The translations under genes were made by a program, and so were the position numbers. Shown here one piece after another: positions 23,437-36,543 of a stretch of DNA of 45,210 nt (position 1 is its first letter; the number at the start of each line of letters is the position of its first letter). Origin of the DNA: Octopus bimaculoides (lineage: Eukaryota); assembly GCF_001194135.2 (NCBI RefSeq), contig NC_068985.1, positions 37,239,955 through 37,285,164 on the forward strand, given 5' to 3'. A model generated the notes under the pieces. It did not search any database. It was not told the origin of the DNA and was given only the letters and a program-made list of their open reading frames with translations.

Positions 23437-24926
23437 GGAAAGCGGACTCCAGCTGTATTTCGACTAAAAACATGAAGTGATATATACCTTGAGCTAGATA
23501 TTTTTTGTTGTTATGCTGTAGAAATTTACATCCAAATTGAATTTATGTTGTTTGGGGGATTATTGATTCTGGGTTGTTTTTTTATATTCTNNNNNNNNNN
23601 NNNNNNNNNNNNNNNNNNNNNNNNNNNNNNNNNNNNNNNNNNNNNNNNNNNNNNNNNNNNNNNATATTCTAGGTTCAGCCCACCGAGGTCAACTTTGCCT
23701 TTTATCAATCTGGATTGTTAAAGTAAAATATGAATACTGGGGCCGATATAATTGGTTAGTCCCTTCCCAAAAGTTTTAGCCATTGATTAAAGGCAAAGTT
23801 GACCTCGGTGGGCTGAACCCAGAATATAAAAAAAACAACCCAGAATCAATAATCCCCCAAACAACATAAATTCAATTTGGATGTAAATTTCTACAGCATA
23901 ACATCAAAAAATATCTAGCTCAAGGTATATATCACTTCATGTTATTAGTCGAAATACAGCTGGAGTCCTCTTTCCAGTAATTCTTCTAGATAAAATAAGT
24001 GCCAGCTAAGTACCGGATTTGATTCAAACAACCGAACTTCTCCAAAATCTGGTTATGTGCCAATGTTAGGAATCAATACATTGCTACATGACAAGCAGAA
24101 TCGATTATCTTTATAAAAGAGCCACCGTTTTTTGTTTTCTTTTTTCCTCACAACTTTGCTGCTGCGGTCCAGATATTCAACGTCAATTACATTCACTTAT
24201 ACTCCTCAGAAATACAGGAAGAGCTATTTCCTTCTTGTAGAGTCTGTGTATGAAGAACTAACCATAATAGTTGCACCCCAAATTAATAAGCTTGTTTTAG
24301 ATAATCAACAATGTGTTTATTATAGACGTTCCCACTTTCTCACAAAATAATAAAAAAAAACATCCACAAAAAAAACAAACTAAAGATTATCAAATACGCC
24401 AATCCTCCTCCGATGATATAAAGTTTTATGCGTCAACAGATGATGCAATCAGTGGGGTGGGGGTGATATGGAATGCCTTATGCCTAATTAATTACGTCCT
24501 CGCACAGCCTGAGTTCAAATATGGCAGAGTCGGAAAATCAATTCTAGTCTGTTCATTCTGTTTCTTTTATATTTAATGGGCTGGTGGTGGGGTATATTTG
24601 TTAGAAAATCAGTTTCCTGCATTTATGAGAACCTTTGTGCAATGATTGGTCAGCGAGTCATATTCAATATTTTTCATTTAATTAATTCTAACATCACTAC
24701 AATGGCTAAAACTTTTGGGAAGGGACTAACCAATTATATCGGCCCCAGTATTCATATTTTACTTTAACAATCCAGATTGATAAAAGGCAAAGTTGACCTC
24801 GGTGGGCTGAACCCAGAATATAAAAAAACAACCCAGAATCAATAATCCCCCAAACAACATAAATTCAATTTGGATGTAAATTTCTACAGCATAACATCAA
24901 AAAATATCTAGCTCAAGGTATATATC
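23437..24926. repeat. Inverted triplication: arm 23437-23702 vs inverted arm 23789-23975; third copy 24700-24926 is the reverse complement of 23479-23785
   Basis: Manual alignment; 4 substitutions seen between the left and right arms; contains a decayed family-A SINE piece. Confidence 0.93.
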
Positions 24927-25044
24927 GGAAACATATTGCGACTAGAGAATGATTCTGCCAAAAGAGTTCCATTTAAAATTTGATTCTACAACTTTTAGTA
25001 AAATATTGTATTGTAAAGTAGCATTTTAAAAGAAAAAAATAATT

Positions 25045-25522
25045 AAATTCATCCTACTTTAGGCGCAAGGACTGAAATTTAGGTTGGAAGGGTTTGTCGA
25101 TTACATGGTGGCATTCTTTCGCAGTCTGGGAATTTCTTTCTGAATAACCTGCACTTATGAATGTTTATTTCATGAAATGTGAAAGAATAAAAGGCAAAAT
25201 CAATCTCGGTAAAATCTGAACTTAGAACGTAGAGAGCCGGAAGAAATAACGATTAAACATTTTTGTCTCATTTACTAATGATTTTACTAGCTCACCATTT
25301 TAAAATTTATTGGCTTAAAATTTTGGCACTGGACCTGCAATTTAGGAGGTGGGGAAAAATCGATTGCATAGAACTCAATATTTAATTGGCACTTATTTTA
25401 TCGACCCAAAACAATGAAGGTAAACTCAACCTCAGTGGTATTTGAACTCAAAACGTAAAGATGGATGGAATGTCATTGAACATTTTCCCTGGTGTGCTAA
25501 CGAATCTAGCAGCTCGCCGCCT
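25045..25522 (-). mobile_element. Two old diverged family-A SINE copies (~25045-25290 and ~25318-25522)
   Basis: TTATTTTATCGACCC...GAAGGTAAACTCAACCTCAGTGGTATTTGAACTCA...GTGCTAACG...CAGCTCGCCGCCT. Confidence 0.7.
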
Positions 25523-25564
25523 TCACCGTCTTAAAATTATTATTAAATGATAGTATTAAACAAA

Positions 25565-25975
25565 GATAAAATCTTTAGAAATATATTAGCCAATGAGGCC
25601 AGCCGATTTGATACATGTGATAGGAAAGACTCCCTTAAGCCAGTCTTGGCAACTTTCATTAGATAATATAGTCCTCAACACACTCTCAAAAAAGAAAACA
25701 GAGTATGGTAACAGCAAACATTCCTTTCACTGATCTTTGTCCTTCTGAATAAGGGCTGATCTAGGATTAGAAAGGGGGCAACAATTATACACATTTTAAA
25801 AACTAAAGTAACGTTGTTTATCCGCAAGTCAGATCTGATCAAGCAGTCCTATAATCGAATGTGTTCCATTCAGAATTACCCTGTCTGATAAGAGATCTGT
25901 TCAGTTAGATTGTGCATCATAGCGTTGTTTTAAGTCATTAGGGTGTGTTTTGAGTGTGTTTTAGCTCCCATTTTG
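25565..25975. repeat. Two old interspersed-repeat copies arranged tail-to-tail (family also seen near 1300-1390, 9170-9300 and 38320-38355)
   Basis: Shared motifs TAGATAATxTAGTCCT, CTGATCTAGG/CAGATCTGATCAAGCAG and ATAGCAGCCAAATC; alignment by eye only. Confidence 0.45.
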
Positions 25976-26019
25976 AAGGACTAGTTAGTCGTCTTGACTG
26001 GGTTGCTGAAATTTAATGT

Positions 26020-26240
26020 GAATATAAGAAAATAATACGATGATCTGGTGAAGTTGTTTCAAAAGAAAGGGTAACAAGCAAGACGTGATCTCATCGAGGT
26101 GGAATGCAGAGTATTTGCATATCAATCTCTTGCCAGAGCCAACAACATACTATGCATCATAGTAGTTAGATGACCATGAAGAGAGCAACCGTGTCGGACT
26201 ACGTGGATGCTGCAGCTGCAGTTTCATTCGTTGTTGGGGT
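26020..26240 (+). mobile_element. HERO-clade-like non-LTR retrotransposon RLE C-terminal relic
   Basis: YDDLVKLFQKKG*QARRDLIEVECRVFAYQSLARANNILCI/KRA...DAA resembles the HERO pattern KY..LV..C...GW.AR..P.EVGCRGF..QSL.RA...LGI. Confidence 0.6.
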
Positions 26241-26720
26241 GTTGAGTTCATGTTCGGAGTTTCAGTGGGAATACAAATTCGCATGTGGTCCCCGATTACA
26301 GGCAAACACAATTTGAGACAGCGTGATCCGCAGCAGCTCATCTTGCCGCGTATTTTCGATCGTTGCGAAGGATTCCCCGACCAAGTCATTGCTGATTATC
26401 ATGTGCATTACCCGCTTCCCCCAAATATTTATATGTATACATACATACACACACATATATATTATACGCATACATGCAAACATACAAGCATATATGTATG
26501 TATGTATGTATATAATCATTCGCCATGTTAGACCGCTGAAATCTACAAGTTTTTTCTTTCATTTTCTCTTTGTCTTTTCTCTTATTCCTTTCTGTTAAAG
26601 AGCGTAGGCTCGAAATGTGAAAGACTTTTTCATTTTTACCGAGCGTCAAACTAATACACTTGCTTGTTGTTCAAACATCTGTCTTCGTCCTTTGATTTTC
26701 AATTAATTTCGACTTTATAT

Positions 26721-27000
26721 ATCACGGCCTAGTGGTTGCGTTGCACTCATAATCACGAGATCGTGGTTTCAATTATTAGACCAGGCGATGCGTGGTATTC
26801 TTGAGAAAAATACTTTATCTCATATTGCTCTGCGATCAGTTCAACACCTGACGCGTGTTACACTCTGTAATTGTTTAGGCGACGTCGATCTGATGGAGGG
26901 AGTGAACTAATGCACCGCACATACATATGATCTCTATAAACAAATCATTTGTGCAGGTCGTTCGGCAAAAAAAGCTGAACGCTCATACGGCACAGCAATG
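26721..27000 (+). mobile_element. Old SINE related to family C (tRNA head + CORE-like)
   Basis: GGCCTAGTGGTT...GATCGTGGTTTCAATT...TATTCTTGAGAAAAATACTTTATCTCATATTGCTC. Confidence 0.6.
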
Positions 27001-29374
27001 GGCTCTCGTAATACTGTATCCTTTAAGAAATGCAAATTTACGAAACATAAAGGGGTACAAAGTAAAGGAAAATACACACACATGCATGACGTTTTCTGTT
27101 CAGTAAATTTTATCACGAGATTTCACGGGCAAGGATCGAATCCCTTAAGAGTGATTACAAAACAAACTTCTTAAACACACCACCAACTCTATCCCTTTAC
27201 GATACAAAAATATATTATAAAAAATATTTAGTTACTACATTGAAAATTACGAAGAACAAAACTTGGTGCCTTGCAGGGCAATTGAGTGATAGAAAATTGC
27301 AAATCGCTTGACAGATGCTAGAGTGCCTGTGATTATTGACCATCTTTTGATTGTGAGTTGTTACCTCACTTTGGCTGACTTTTCCTTTCCTTCTGTAAGA
27401 GAATCCTGACTGTACGGGATCAAAGCATTCGACTACATACAATGCATTATAAAATTGAGTCTTAATGTTTAACAAGATATACAAGATTAGGTGAAATAAA
27501 CTTAGCAAACTAGGGTGAAAGCTACGTTTAATAATTTACGATAAAATCAGTGAAGATGAGAAAAAAGAAAATTAAATCCTGACTAGAATAAAGAAAATGG
27601 AGAGCGTAATTGTTAAACAATTGTAAAGATATTGGAGGCTTATTGGCGGACAGAAGTTGGCAGAATTAGATAAAATGGATTTGAGCAGCGAAAAACAAAT
27701 TACTTATAGAAGCAGTAAGTTCAATATTTAGTGATTGAATAATGAAATAGGAGGAACTTAGTGGTAATTGTTGAATTAAAATGGTTAGAGTGAAAAGCAA
27801 AAATTTCGAAAGGGGTCAATACAGCGCCGAAAGAGAGAAAACTATGAAACACACGCCCCCCCACACATATGTATATACATGCATACAGAGAGAAATAAAT
27901 GTATGTATGTACGTACATACATACATACATACATACATACATACGACACAAACACTCTCTCATACACACTCACACGTACAAATATATCATTAAAAGTGAT
28001 TTGCTGTCTGGTTGTTTACATGTTTTCCTGGAGCTATATAAGTGAATAATTGAAAACTAATTTAATTTTTTTCAAAAATTTCTATAATGGCTCGATCTGG
28101 TATGTTTGTACAGTTAATTGTTTTTTTAGATTTATTTAATACATATACTTCTTATATATCGACAGAGAAGCTGTTACCGCAGGTTTTTACTTTGTCAGTA
28201 TAGAATTATGAAAGGGTAATTCATTTACAATTTGGCAATTGTTATTAATCTAAATGGGGCAGAAGAAGATGGAATAACAAAGGGAAAACAAACTGCAGGA
28301 TACATTTATATTTCAAGGGATAGACAAAAAGACACAGAGGAAAGTAAAATGCCGTTGGGTTTACTCAATATTTCTTTTTCTGATAAGGCCAAAGTAGCAC
28401 ACAAAGTTTAAAATGTCATGGTACGAGAATTATTTAGTGTTTAACCTTTTTCTTAATATCAGGCATTTTGGGGGTGTCTTGTGAATCCCCTAAAAGCGAA
28501 CTGGATGGTGATCCACATAATATTCTCTTGTAGATTTGTGACAGATTGGAAGAAACTTCAAGTGATTGCTTTGGCTTTAAGAGATGAAGAAATACGAATT
28601 GAGTAAATTCAACTACCTCTATCCCTAAAACTATATATGATTTCTCCTCTTCGATTTGTTTATTGATTTGTCATTAACTATATGATGCAAAATAAAGACC
28701 ACAGTATGAATACATAAGACTTATAAAGAACGAAATGAAGTGATTATCTATTACTCGATATTGATGAAACACAAATATGTATAAACAGTCTGTTTATTGA
28801 TGTAGAAATAGAATAAATAAGAAACATTAAATGAATTTAAATTTGAGGGCATAAACATAAGGCTCAACTCATTCAGATAAAGAAGAAATGTTTTTTTTTT
28901 TCGCTTCATTACTTCATTCTCTCCCTCACAGGAATAATCCAATCAACAAATCGATTCTTTAACACTTATAGCTGTATAATATTCTCTACACTAGAATATT
29001 ATATGTGCATGTACCCAGCTCGTCTTTAGACAATACTGTGTGAACAGATAGATTTAAACACCTTGTTTTTATATTTTTGTTCGAGACGAAGATCTCTGCC
29101 GTACAATAATAGTAATGAAATAAACCACTGGTTGTGCACCACGAATTGTTACTTTGTTTACGACTGCAATAATAACCTGTTGAAGATAAGGAGTTGCAAT
29201 AGATAAAACAGATATTCTGCTGCAATAAATAAAATGAATATTGTAATGTGTTATATCTTCAATCAGCTGTAAAGATACTAAACTTAACGTTGCTTCCAGG
29301 CAGGTGTCTCAGTACAAAGTATATTTAAACACTAAATACCTATGAAAAGGGTTACTGCACTCAATTTTATAAAG

Positions 29375-29890
<516 letters not shown>

Positions 29891-29970
29891 AGAAAATAAT
29901 TTTCATGATATAAATGTAGTATTTAGGTTTTGCTGAAATTTCGCACATATTGCACCCACACACATAAGCA

Positions 29971-30364
29971 ATATATATACATACACACATATACATATGC
30001 ATACACACACGCACGCACAGACACACACAAGCATAAGTACATTCACGTGGACGTGTATGTAAGTATGAACACAATTTACATTTACGTCACATCTCATTAA
30101 ATCATGCATAATTAAGGAANNNNNNNNNNNNNNNNNNNNNNNNNNNNNNNNNNNNNNNNNNNNNNNNNNNNNNNNNNNNNNNNNNNNNNNNNNNNNNNNN
30201 NNNNNNNNNNNNNNNNNNNNNNNNNNNNNNNNNNNNNNNNNNNNNNNNNNNNNNNNNNNNNNNNNNNNNNNNNNNNNNNNNNNNNNNNNNNNNNNNNNNN
30301 NNNNNNNNNNNNNNNNNNNNNNNNNNNNNNNNNNNNNNNNNNNNNNNNNNNNNNNNNNNNNNNN

Positions 30365-30405
<41 letters not shown>

Positions 30406-30541
30406 CACACATATACATATGCATACACACACGCACGCACAGACACACACAAGCATAAGTACATTCACGTGGACGTGTATGTAAGTATGAACACAATTTA
30501 CATTTACGTCACATCTCATTAAATCATGCATAATTAAGGAA
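29971..30541. other. Identical ~149-bp sequence on both sides of a gap (29971-30119 and 30393-30541); probable unmerged contig overlap
   Basis: No differences seen; the N-run 30120-30364 lies between the copies. Confidence 0.8.
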
Positions 30542-31095
30542 ATATATTCGGCTTCCTCTTTTTTATGGTACCTTGTGATGTCTCTTTGACAGGCAGAAAA
30601 GTACAAAACACATATAAAACAAAAAGAAATGCGGAAAATTAAGCTACGTCTTTCGTTCAATCTCTGTATGTAAATCTTTTTATCTGATTAAATTTTGAAT
30701 CAGCCGGTTTGTTGTAAAATTCTAGCAAAATGTAATGTTTGTTTTATACAAATGATATTAGGCTTAAACGCGAACCCGGTAGGTTTCACACAATATTTAC
30801 AGAAATCTTCATAATATAATGGCACCTGATAAATGTGGATAGATGAATTTAAACATATACACATTCGTACTTGTACGCTCTCACGCTTACAAATATGTGA
30901 ACATACAAAAGCATGTGAACACATTTTTTTCTCAACTAACCTACCTGCCTGCCTGCCTGCCTGCCTACCTTCCAACTTACCTACCTACCTACCAATCTAA
31001 ATAACAACTACGCACATATGTATGTGAACGAGTGTGCGTGCGTGTGTGTGGTTGTGTGTGTGTGTTAATACATACAAGCTATATACGTATATACC

Positions 31096-31175
31096 GAGAG
31101 AGAGAGAGAGAGAGACTAAGAGGGATTGATGCCACCATCAATCTCTCTTAGTCTCTCTCTCTCTCTCCCTCTCTA
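31096..31175. repeat. Near-perfect hairpin, stem of at least 32 bp and a 4-nt loop
   Basis: (GA)n-CTAAGAGGGATTGATG-CCAC-CATCAATCTCTCTTAG-(TC)n; one G.T pair. Confidence 0.95.
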
Positions 31176-31349
31176 GAAATGTATGAAATACACTGCACAG
31201 TTATATGATATATAAAGTGTAACTGTCTGTCTGTCTATCTATACATATTCTGTAGCATACACAAATACACACATATGGTGTATATGCATGCATTAATACC
31301 CATTTTAAGCCTGCCTGTGAGTAAGCAGACAATGTAGTTACATCCAATA

Positions 31350-31397
<48 letters not shown>

Positions 31398-31418
31398 CTA
31401 GTAAAGAAACTCGATGAG

Positions 31419-31450
31419 GCTAGTTTCGACATTTATAAACACTTCATCAG
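31419..31450 (-). ncRNA. Degenerate Penelope-type hammerhead motif
   Basis: Minus strand CTGATGA-AGTGTTTATAAATGTC-GAAA-CTAGCC; helix III would be palindromic ACTAGT with one T>C change. Confidence 0.35.
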
Positions 31451-31826
31451 AAATTGACGACACTTCGTCGCCAACGACGATAATAGCTTATAACTATTGA
31501 TAATACACATAAGTATGAGTGAAACCAAGGCAATAAATAATGAAATTACTTTTAAATAATTAATACTTAAATTATTCATTTGCATTAAAGTGATTTTTAT
31601 CAATTAGTACTCAGAATCACATGACTTGATAGAACTAGCGAAAATGTCAGATACGAAAGTATGTTTTTGAGCTAAGTGTCATCAATTTGTGATGTAGAAT
31701 GTAGTCTTCTGTTTGTAAGAGATTGATCAGAGTTGATTCAGATAAAACATGTCCAAGTATATTCGTATCACAGTAAGACTAAACAGTGTGAATTTGCTAA
31801 AAATTCAGACTCATAATTTTCCCTTA

Positions 31827-31935
31827 CAGTAATCTCTCGCCATATCGCGGTTCACTTATCGCGGTTTATTATTTAAGCTTACGTCGATTCCCTATTGGTG
31901 TTGTTTTGCATTTATAATAAAATAAATATGTTTGT
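31827..31935 (+). mobile_element. Tigger/pogo-like (Tc1/mariner superfamily) terminal fragment
   Basis: TA followed by CAGTAATCTCTCGCCATATCGCGGTTCAC resembles pogo/Tigger MITE termini; no matching right end seen. Confidence 0.5.
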
Positions 31936-33229
31936 ACATCGGTCGCAAATCTAGGTATTGTCTTTTCCTCAAAAGAGTCATAAACCAGATTTACATTAAC
32001 CTCTTTCTTAAAAACGAACTTTACAAAATACATTTGTACGCCAACAGTTTTTCATTGTTTGATGATGAAGATTCCAGCGAATTAATATTTTTCGAAGTAG
32101 CTTTTGTATAGATATAAGATGTGAAATGTAAACGTAGCCTCAACATTGTCGCTTGACATATGAGAAACAACAACTGCTGCAGCAGCAACATCTTTCTTTG
32201 TACATTATATGCATAGTTTCAATGTTTCATCGCAATCGAATTGAATTCATAGAAAATTATTCTTTTGATGCTCATAACATAAACGTTTAGATCAGTCGCA
32301 AATCTAAGTATTGTATTTTCATCAAAAGGGTCATAAGCCAGACCTGCATCAAGATTTGATTCTCTTTAAAACCTCTTTCTTAAAAATGAACCTTAAAAGT
32401 GTATATCATGAAAAATACTCGCTTTCTCGAGCAGATTTGGTGTTTTTTTTTTTTAATTAGTGAACAACAGTTTCTATTTATAAACGTTTTGATATATCAG
32501 AATCATTTCTCTTTCTTCCACAAAGATGTTCAAAGATTGTCTTATAAAATTTCAAATACTTTGCTGTCTGCCTCTGTCAGAGAAACCTGAATGAATAGCT
32601 GAATCTAAATATATTGAGATTTCAATGTTTATCTATGAAATTATTACAATCCATTGTTTGGTATTGTCGTAACTACCTATGCGCTCCTTTTCCTATTTCA
32701 AAGTTATGGAAATATGAATATTTTGTTAAAATATAATTTTATATTTTGCCCTTCCTTTCATATCATATAAAAATTACAAGAAAGACAACACTGAAAACCA
32801 TTGTTATTCTTCTATGATTGTCTGGTTAGTTTATCTATGCTTTTGTTAAAAGAATAACAAATTTGATTAATACAATGTCTCTATTTTAGTCTTGATACAG
32901 TGTTACATTACTATGTTTGTTCAGTTATTATCCAATCGTTCTAGAATTGTGTGGTTAGGCATCATGCAGATCAATAGTTAATGTTTAAGCTCATGGATGG
33001 ACTGTCAAAGTATTCTCTCGACCTGATACTAACCGAATTTTTTTTCCATAAAAAAGTATATATTAAACAATGAGGATCCGCTATTGTGTGTAAAAATGGA
33101 ATTTGACCACGACTGTAATGCGCATGATCACAGGTTTAAGTCTGATATAAGACAAATCAAGAACCACAATAATAACCGCTCATTGCCGAATAAATAGTTT
33201 TTCATTTTTTTTCCTTCCGTCAAATAAAA

Positions 33230-33605
33230 CACCTTGCGGTATTTGTCCCGGCTCCTTAAATTCTGAGTTTAAATTCCGCCAAAGTCATCATTCCGACCTT
33301 GATATAATAAAATACTAGTCAAGTATAGAGTTGATGGTGTCGATTAAATACTTTGAGGCTTTAAGTATTTACAGTCCCACATTAACATTGTAAGCATAGA
33401 AGATGGGTTAGCAGATACAGTAAAGTATCGAACCAATGTAATTGTGGTATCTGGTTACATTCCAAAACGTTCTCCGTTCAAATCACGCTGAGGTTCAGTT
33501 TATCTCTCCTCCTTCACTGATACAAGAATTACCAGTCAAGCATTGGAGTGAAGTGAAATCGATTGACTATTCCCCGAGGGCCTGTAAATTTGCGCCTCTC
33601 TCAGA
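33230..33605 (+). mobile_element. Two highly diverged family-A SINE remnants
   Basis: TTGCGGTATTTGTCC...TTCTGAGTTTAAATTCCGCC; CCGTTCAAATCACGCTGAGGT...GAATTACCAGT...ATCGATTGACT. Confidence 0.5.
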
Positions 33606-34068
33606 AAAAAAACTTTTTATGAGACCCATGTATAAATGTAATAATTAGATTTATTCTTTGTCAGTCTTAGATCTTAATGTTTATATGTGTGCATGTGTGC
33701 ATGTGTACTTGTACTAAGGTACCACAATTAATGTGATTACTACTTATTTGCACTCACCCGGATTTCGTTCTGGTGAAGCAATGAGTTGGACAAAACTATT
33801 TTTATTTTCATATACTGTTGTGATGTGATTTCCCCTGGTATATCCGACCTAAAAGTTGTCTAAATGTTCTTTGAGCACATCCATATATACGCTTCGTAGA
33901 TCTTTGAGCTTTGTAAGCGCTTTTTTGGCAAGGTATTAAAAGACCGTCGGTCCTGTCACAGAACTGAGTTTTTACTCTAGACAGACAGGGTGTTGTTTTT
34001 GATATAATACAATGGTGTCAGGTTATTCCATATATGTATATACATATATGTGCTTGTGTGACTGTGTA

Positions 34069-34137
<69 letters not shown>

Positions 34138-34204
34138 CACCGCATGTGTTTCACTTTTCACTCAGGGAGTATAGAGGCGTTCAATTGCTTCGAACTCTGC
34201 TGTT

Positions 34205-35117
34205 AGTTTGACGCTATGTGGCGACTGCAATTTGGAACAGTAATCCGTGTGTCTGAAAAAAAGAAATGTTCGTAGGATCAGCATGGTTTCCTTTTCTCCT
34301 TGTCCTGAAGAAGAAACTAAGAAACCAGTTTCCTGCACATTGTTGCCATCTTAGTCCTATGCATACGGAATGAAGCATCATTGCTAAGTAGATTACCAGA
34401 TCACAGACCGACTGTAAAACTAAGATTGCATGAGCTTTGCCCATTTGTATTCTGATTGAAATCTGTTTGTGGGTCGATAGCGGTTAAAGTTTTTTCTGCA
34501 TTGAACTATATTTAAAATTTTTTAGTCCACCTGTTCTTTCTTAGTATTGACTTATAAGTGTCCTTGACTAATGTGATACTTATGTATAGTTTATGAATTT
34601 GGTTAATCTTATGACTGATGAATTGTCTAAGAGACTAATAGCTCCAGTGCAGTTCCATGTGATACCGTGATACTCTACCACGAACTGATATCTCCCTAGA
34701 GAGTATCGTTGGCTGTAACCAACTGACTCTTATCGTTTAAAAAGTCACGCATCCACTTCCTTAGTTTTCCAAGTATACTAAACTAATCCGATTTATGATA
34801 TATCATCTTTACTTAATGCCTTGGTAAAGTCGAGTTATATGACATCCACTTGGAAATACTTAATCTGTTGCTTCATTATGTAGTTATAATACTACTGTAT
34901 CTATGGATAGCGGCAATTTCCTAGACAAGAGCTAGGGTGCGTGTTAGTGAAGTAGTTATTTTCTTCTAGGAACGCGATCAGTGTCCATGTGACTATACGT
35001 TCCATGACTTTACTAACATGTGAGGAGAGAGAGTTAAACCTATAAATTTTAGCATCTGTTCTTCTTCGTGCAGAGACAGTGTATACTGTTCCTTCTTTTA
35101 ACATAACAGGAAATTTC
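34205..35117 (-). mobile_element. CR1/L2-group LINE reverse-transcriptase relic (frameshifted)
   Basis: KFPVMLKEGTVYTVSARRRTDAKIYRFNSLSSHVSKVMERIV..LIAFLEENN (YRPISL-type motif), VDVI*LDFTKA, LGKLRKWMRDFL..KSQLV, FNAEK, VCDLVIY, ..PHSVKL. Confidence 0.85.
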
Positions 35118-35520
35118 ACACACACACACACACAGGTACACACACACGCGCCCGTACACACGCGCGCGCACATACACACAAACACAAACAAACAAATAAA
35201 TTAATAACTAACCACGAATACGCGTCACTGCGTTACAGCTGTTACCAACAGATTTATTCGACTAAAGGTGGTGTTTATGTGTGTGCGTATATGGTAACTT
35301 CGATAAAAACAACGTGGCGCGCAGTCAAATCTCACATTTCTGTAATTTAGCAAATGCTTTCCTGAGTTATCTTTTCGACTTTTAGCAAAGCTGTGTAATT
35401 TCTACTTCAGATGTCTTTAATCGAATTTGCTTCTTTTGGTCATCTGATCTCTTGGCAGATAAACGTAAAGGAAATATTACAAAAGAATGGAATCAATTTG
35501 AACTTTTTTTATCAGGTAGT

Positions 35521-35557
<37 letters not shown>

Positions 35558-36506
35558 NNNNNNNNNNNNNNNNNNNNNNNNNNNNNNNNNNNNNNNNNNN
35601 NNNNNNNNNNNNNNNNNNNNNNNNNNNNNNNNNNNNNNNNNNNNNNNNNNNNNNNNNNNNNNNNNNNNNNNNNNNNNNNNNNNNNNNNNNNNNNNNNNNN
35701 NNNNNNNNNNNNNNNNNNNNNNNNNNNNNNNNNNNNNNNNNNNNNNNNNNNNNNNNNNNNNNNNNNNNNNNNNNNNNNNNNNNNNNNNNNNNNNNNNNNN
35801 NNNNNNNNNNNNNNNNNNNNNNNNNNNNNNNNNNNNNNNNNNNNNNNNNNNNNNNNNNNNNNNNNNNNNNNNNNNNNNNNNNNNNNNNNNNNNNNNNNNN
35901 NNNNNNNNNNNNNNNNNNNNNNNNNNNNNNNNNNNNNNNNNNNNNNNNNNNNNNNNNNNNNNNNNNNNNNNNNNNNNNNNNNNNNNNNNNNNNNNNNNNN
36001 NNNNNNNNNNNNNNNNNNNNNNNNNNNNNNNNNNNNNNNNNNNNNNNNNNNNNNNNNNNNNNNNNNNNNNNNNNNNNNNNNNNNNNNNNNNNNNNNNNNN
36101 NNNNNNNNNNNNNNNNNNNNNNNNNNNNNNNNNNNNNNNNNNNNNNNNNNNNNNNNNNNNNNNNNNNNNNNNNNNNNNNNNNNNNNNNNNNNNNNNNNNN
36201 NNNNNNNNNNNNNNNNNNNNNNNNNNNNNNNNNNNNNNNNNNNNNNNNNNNNNNNNNNNNNNNNNNNNNNNNNNNNNNNNNNNNNNNNNNNNNNTATAAC
36301 ACACGGGCACTTCAGAAGTAAGATCTTTAGTCTTTACCAGAATAACACAACCTGTTTCTGTGCCAGGTTCACAATGTCCTTCATATCCGGAAAAGAAAAA
36401 ATCATTTTTAAACACGTACGCCTGTACTTACATACGCACACAGACACACACTCACTCACACACACAGACATACACACAGACACACTCACACACGTAGACA
36501 CACGCC

Positions 36507-36543
<37 letters not shown>

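Noticed and set aside
27630-27722. Possible exon RYWRLIGGQKLAELDKMDLSSEKQITYRS ending at GTAAGT
   Set aside because: Good donor but no polypyrimidine acceptor, and an in-frame stop immediately upstream.
29971-30541. 149-bp tandem duplication
   Set aside because: Identical copies flank an N-gap, the typical signature of an unmerged contig overlap.
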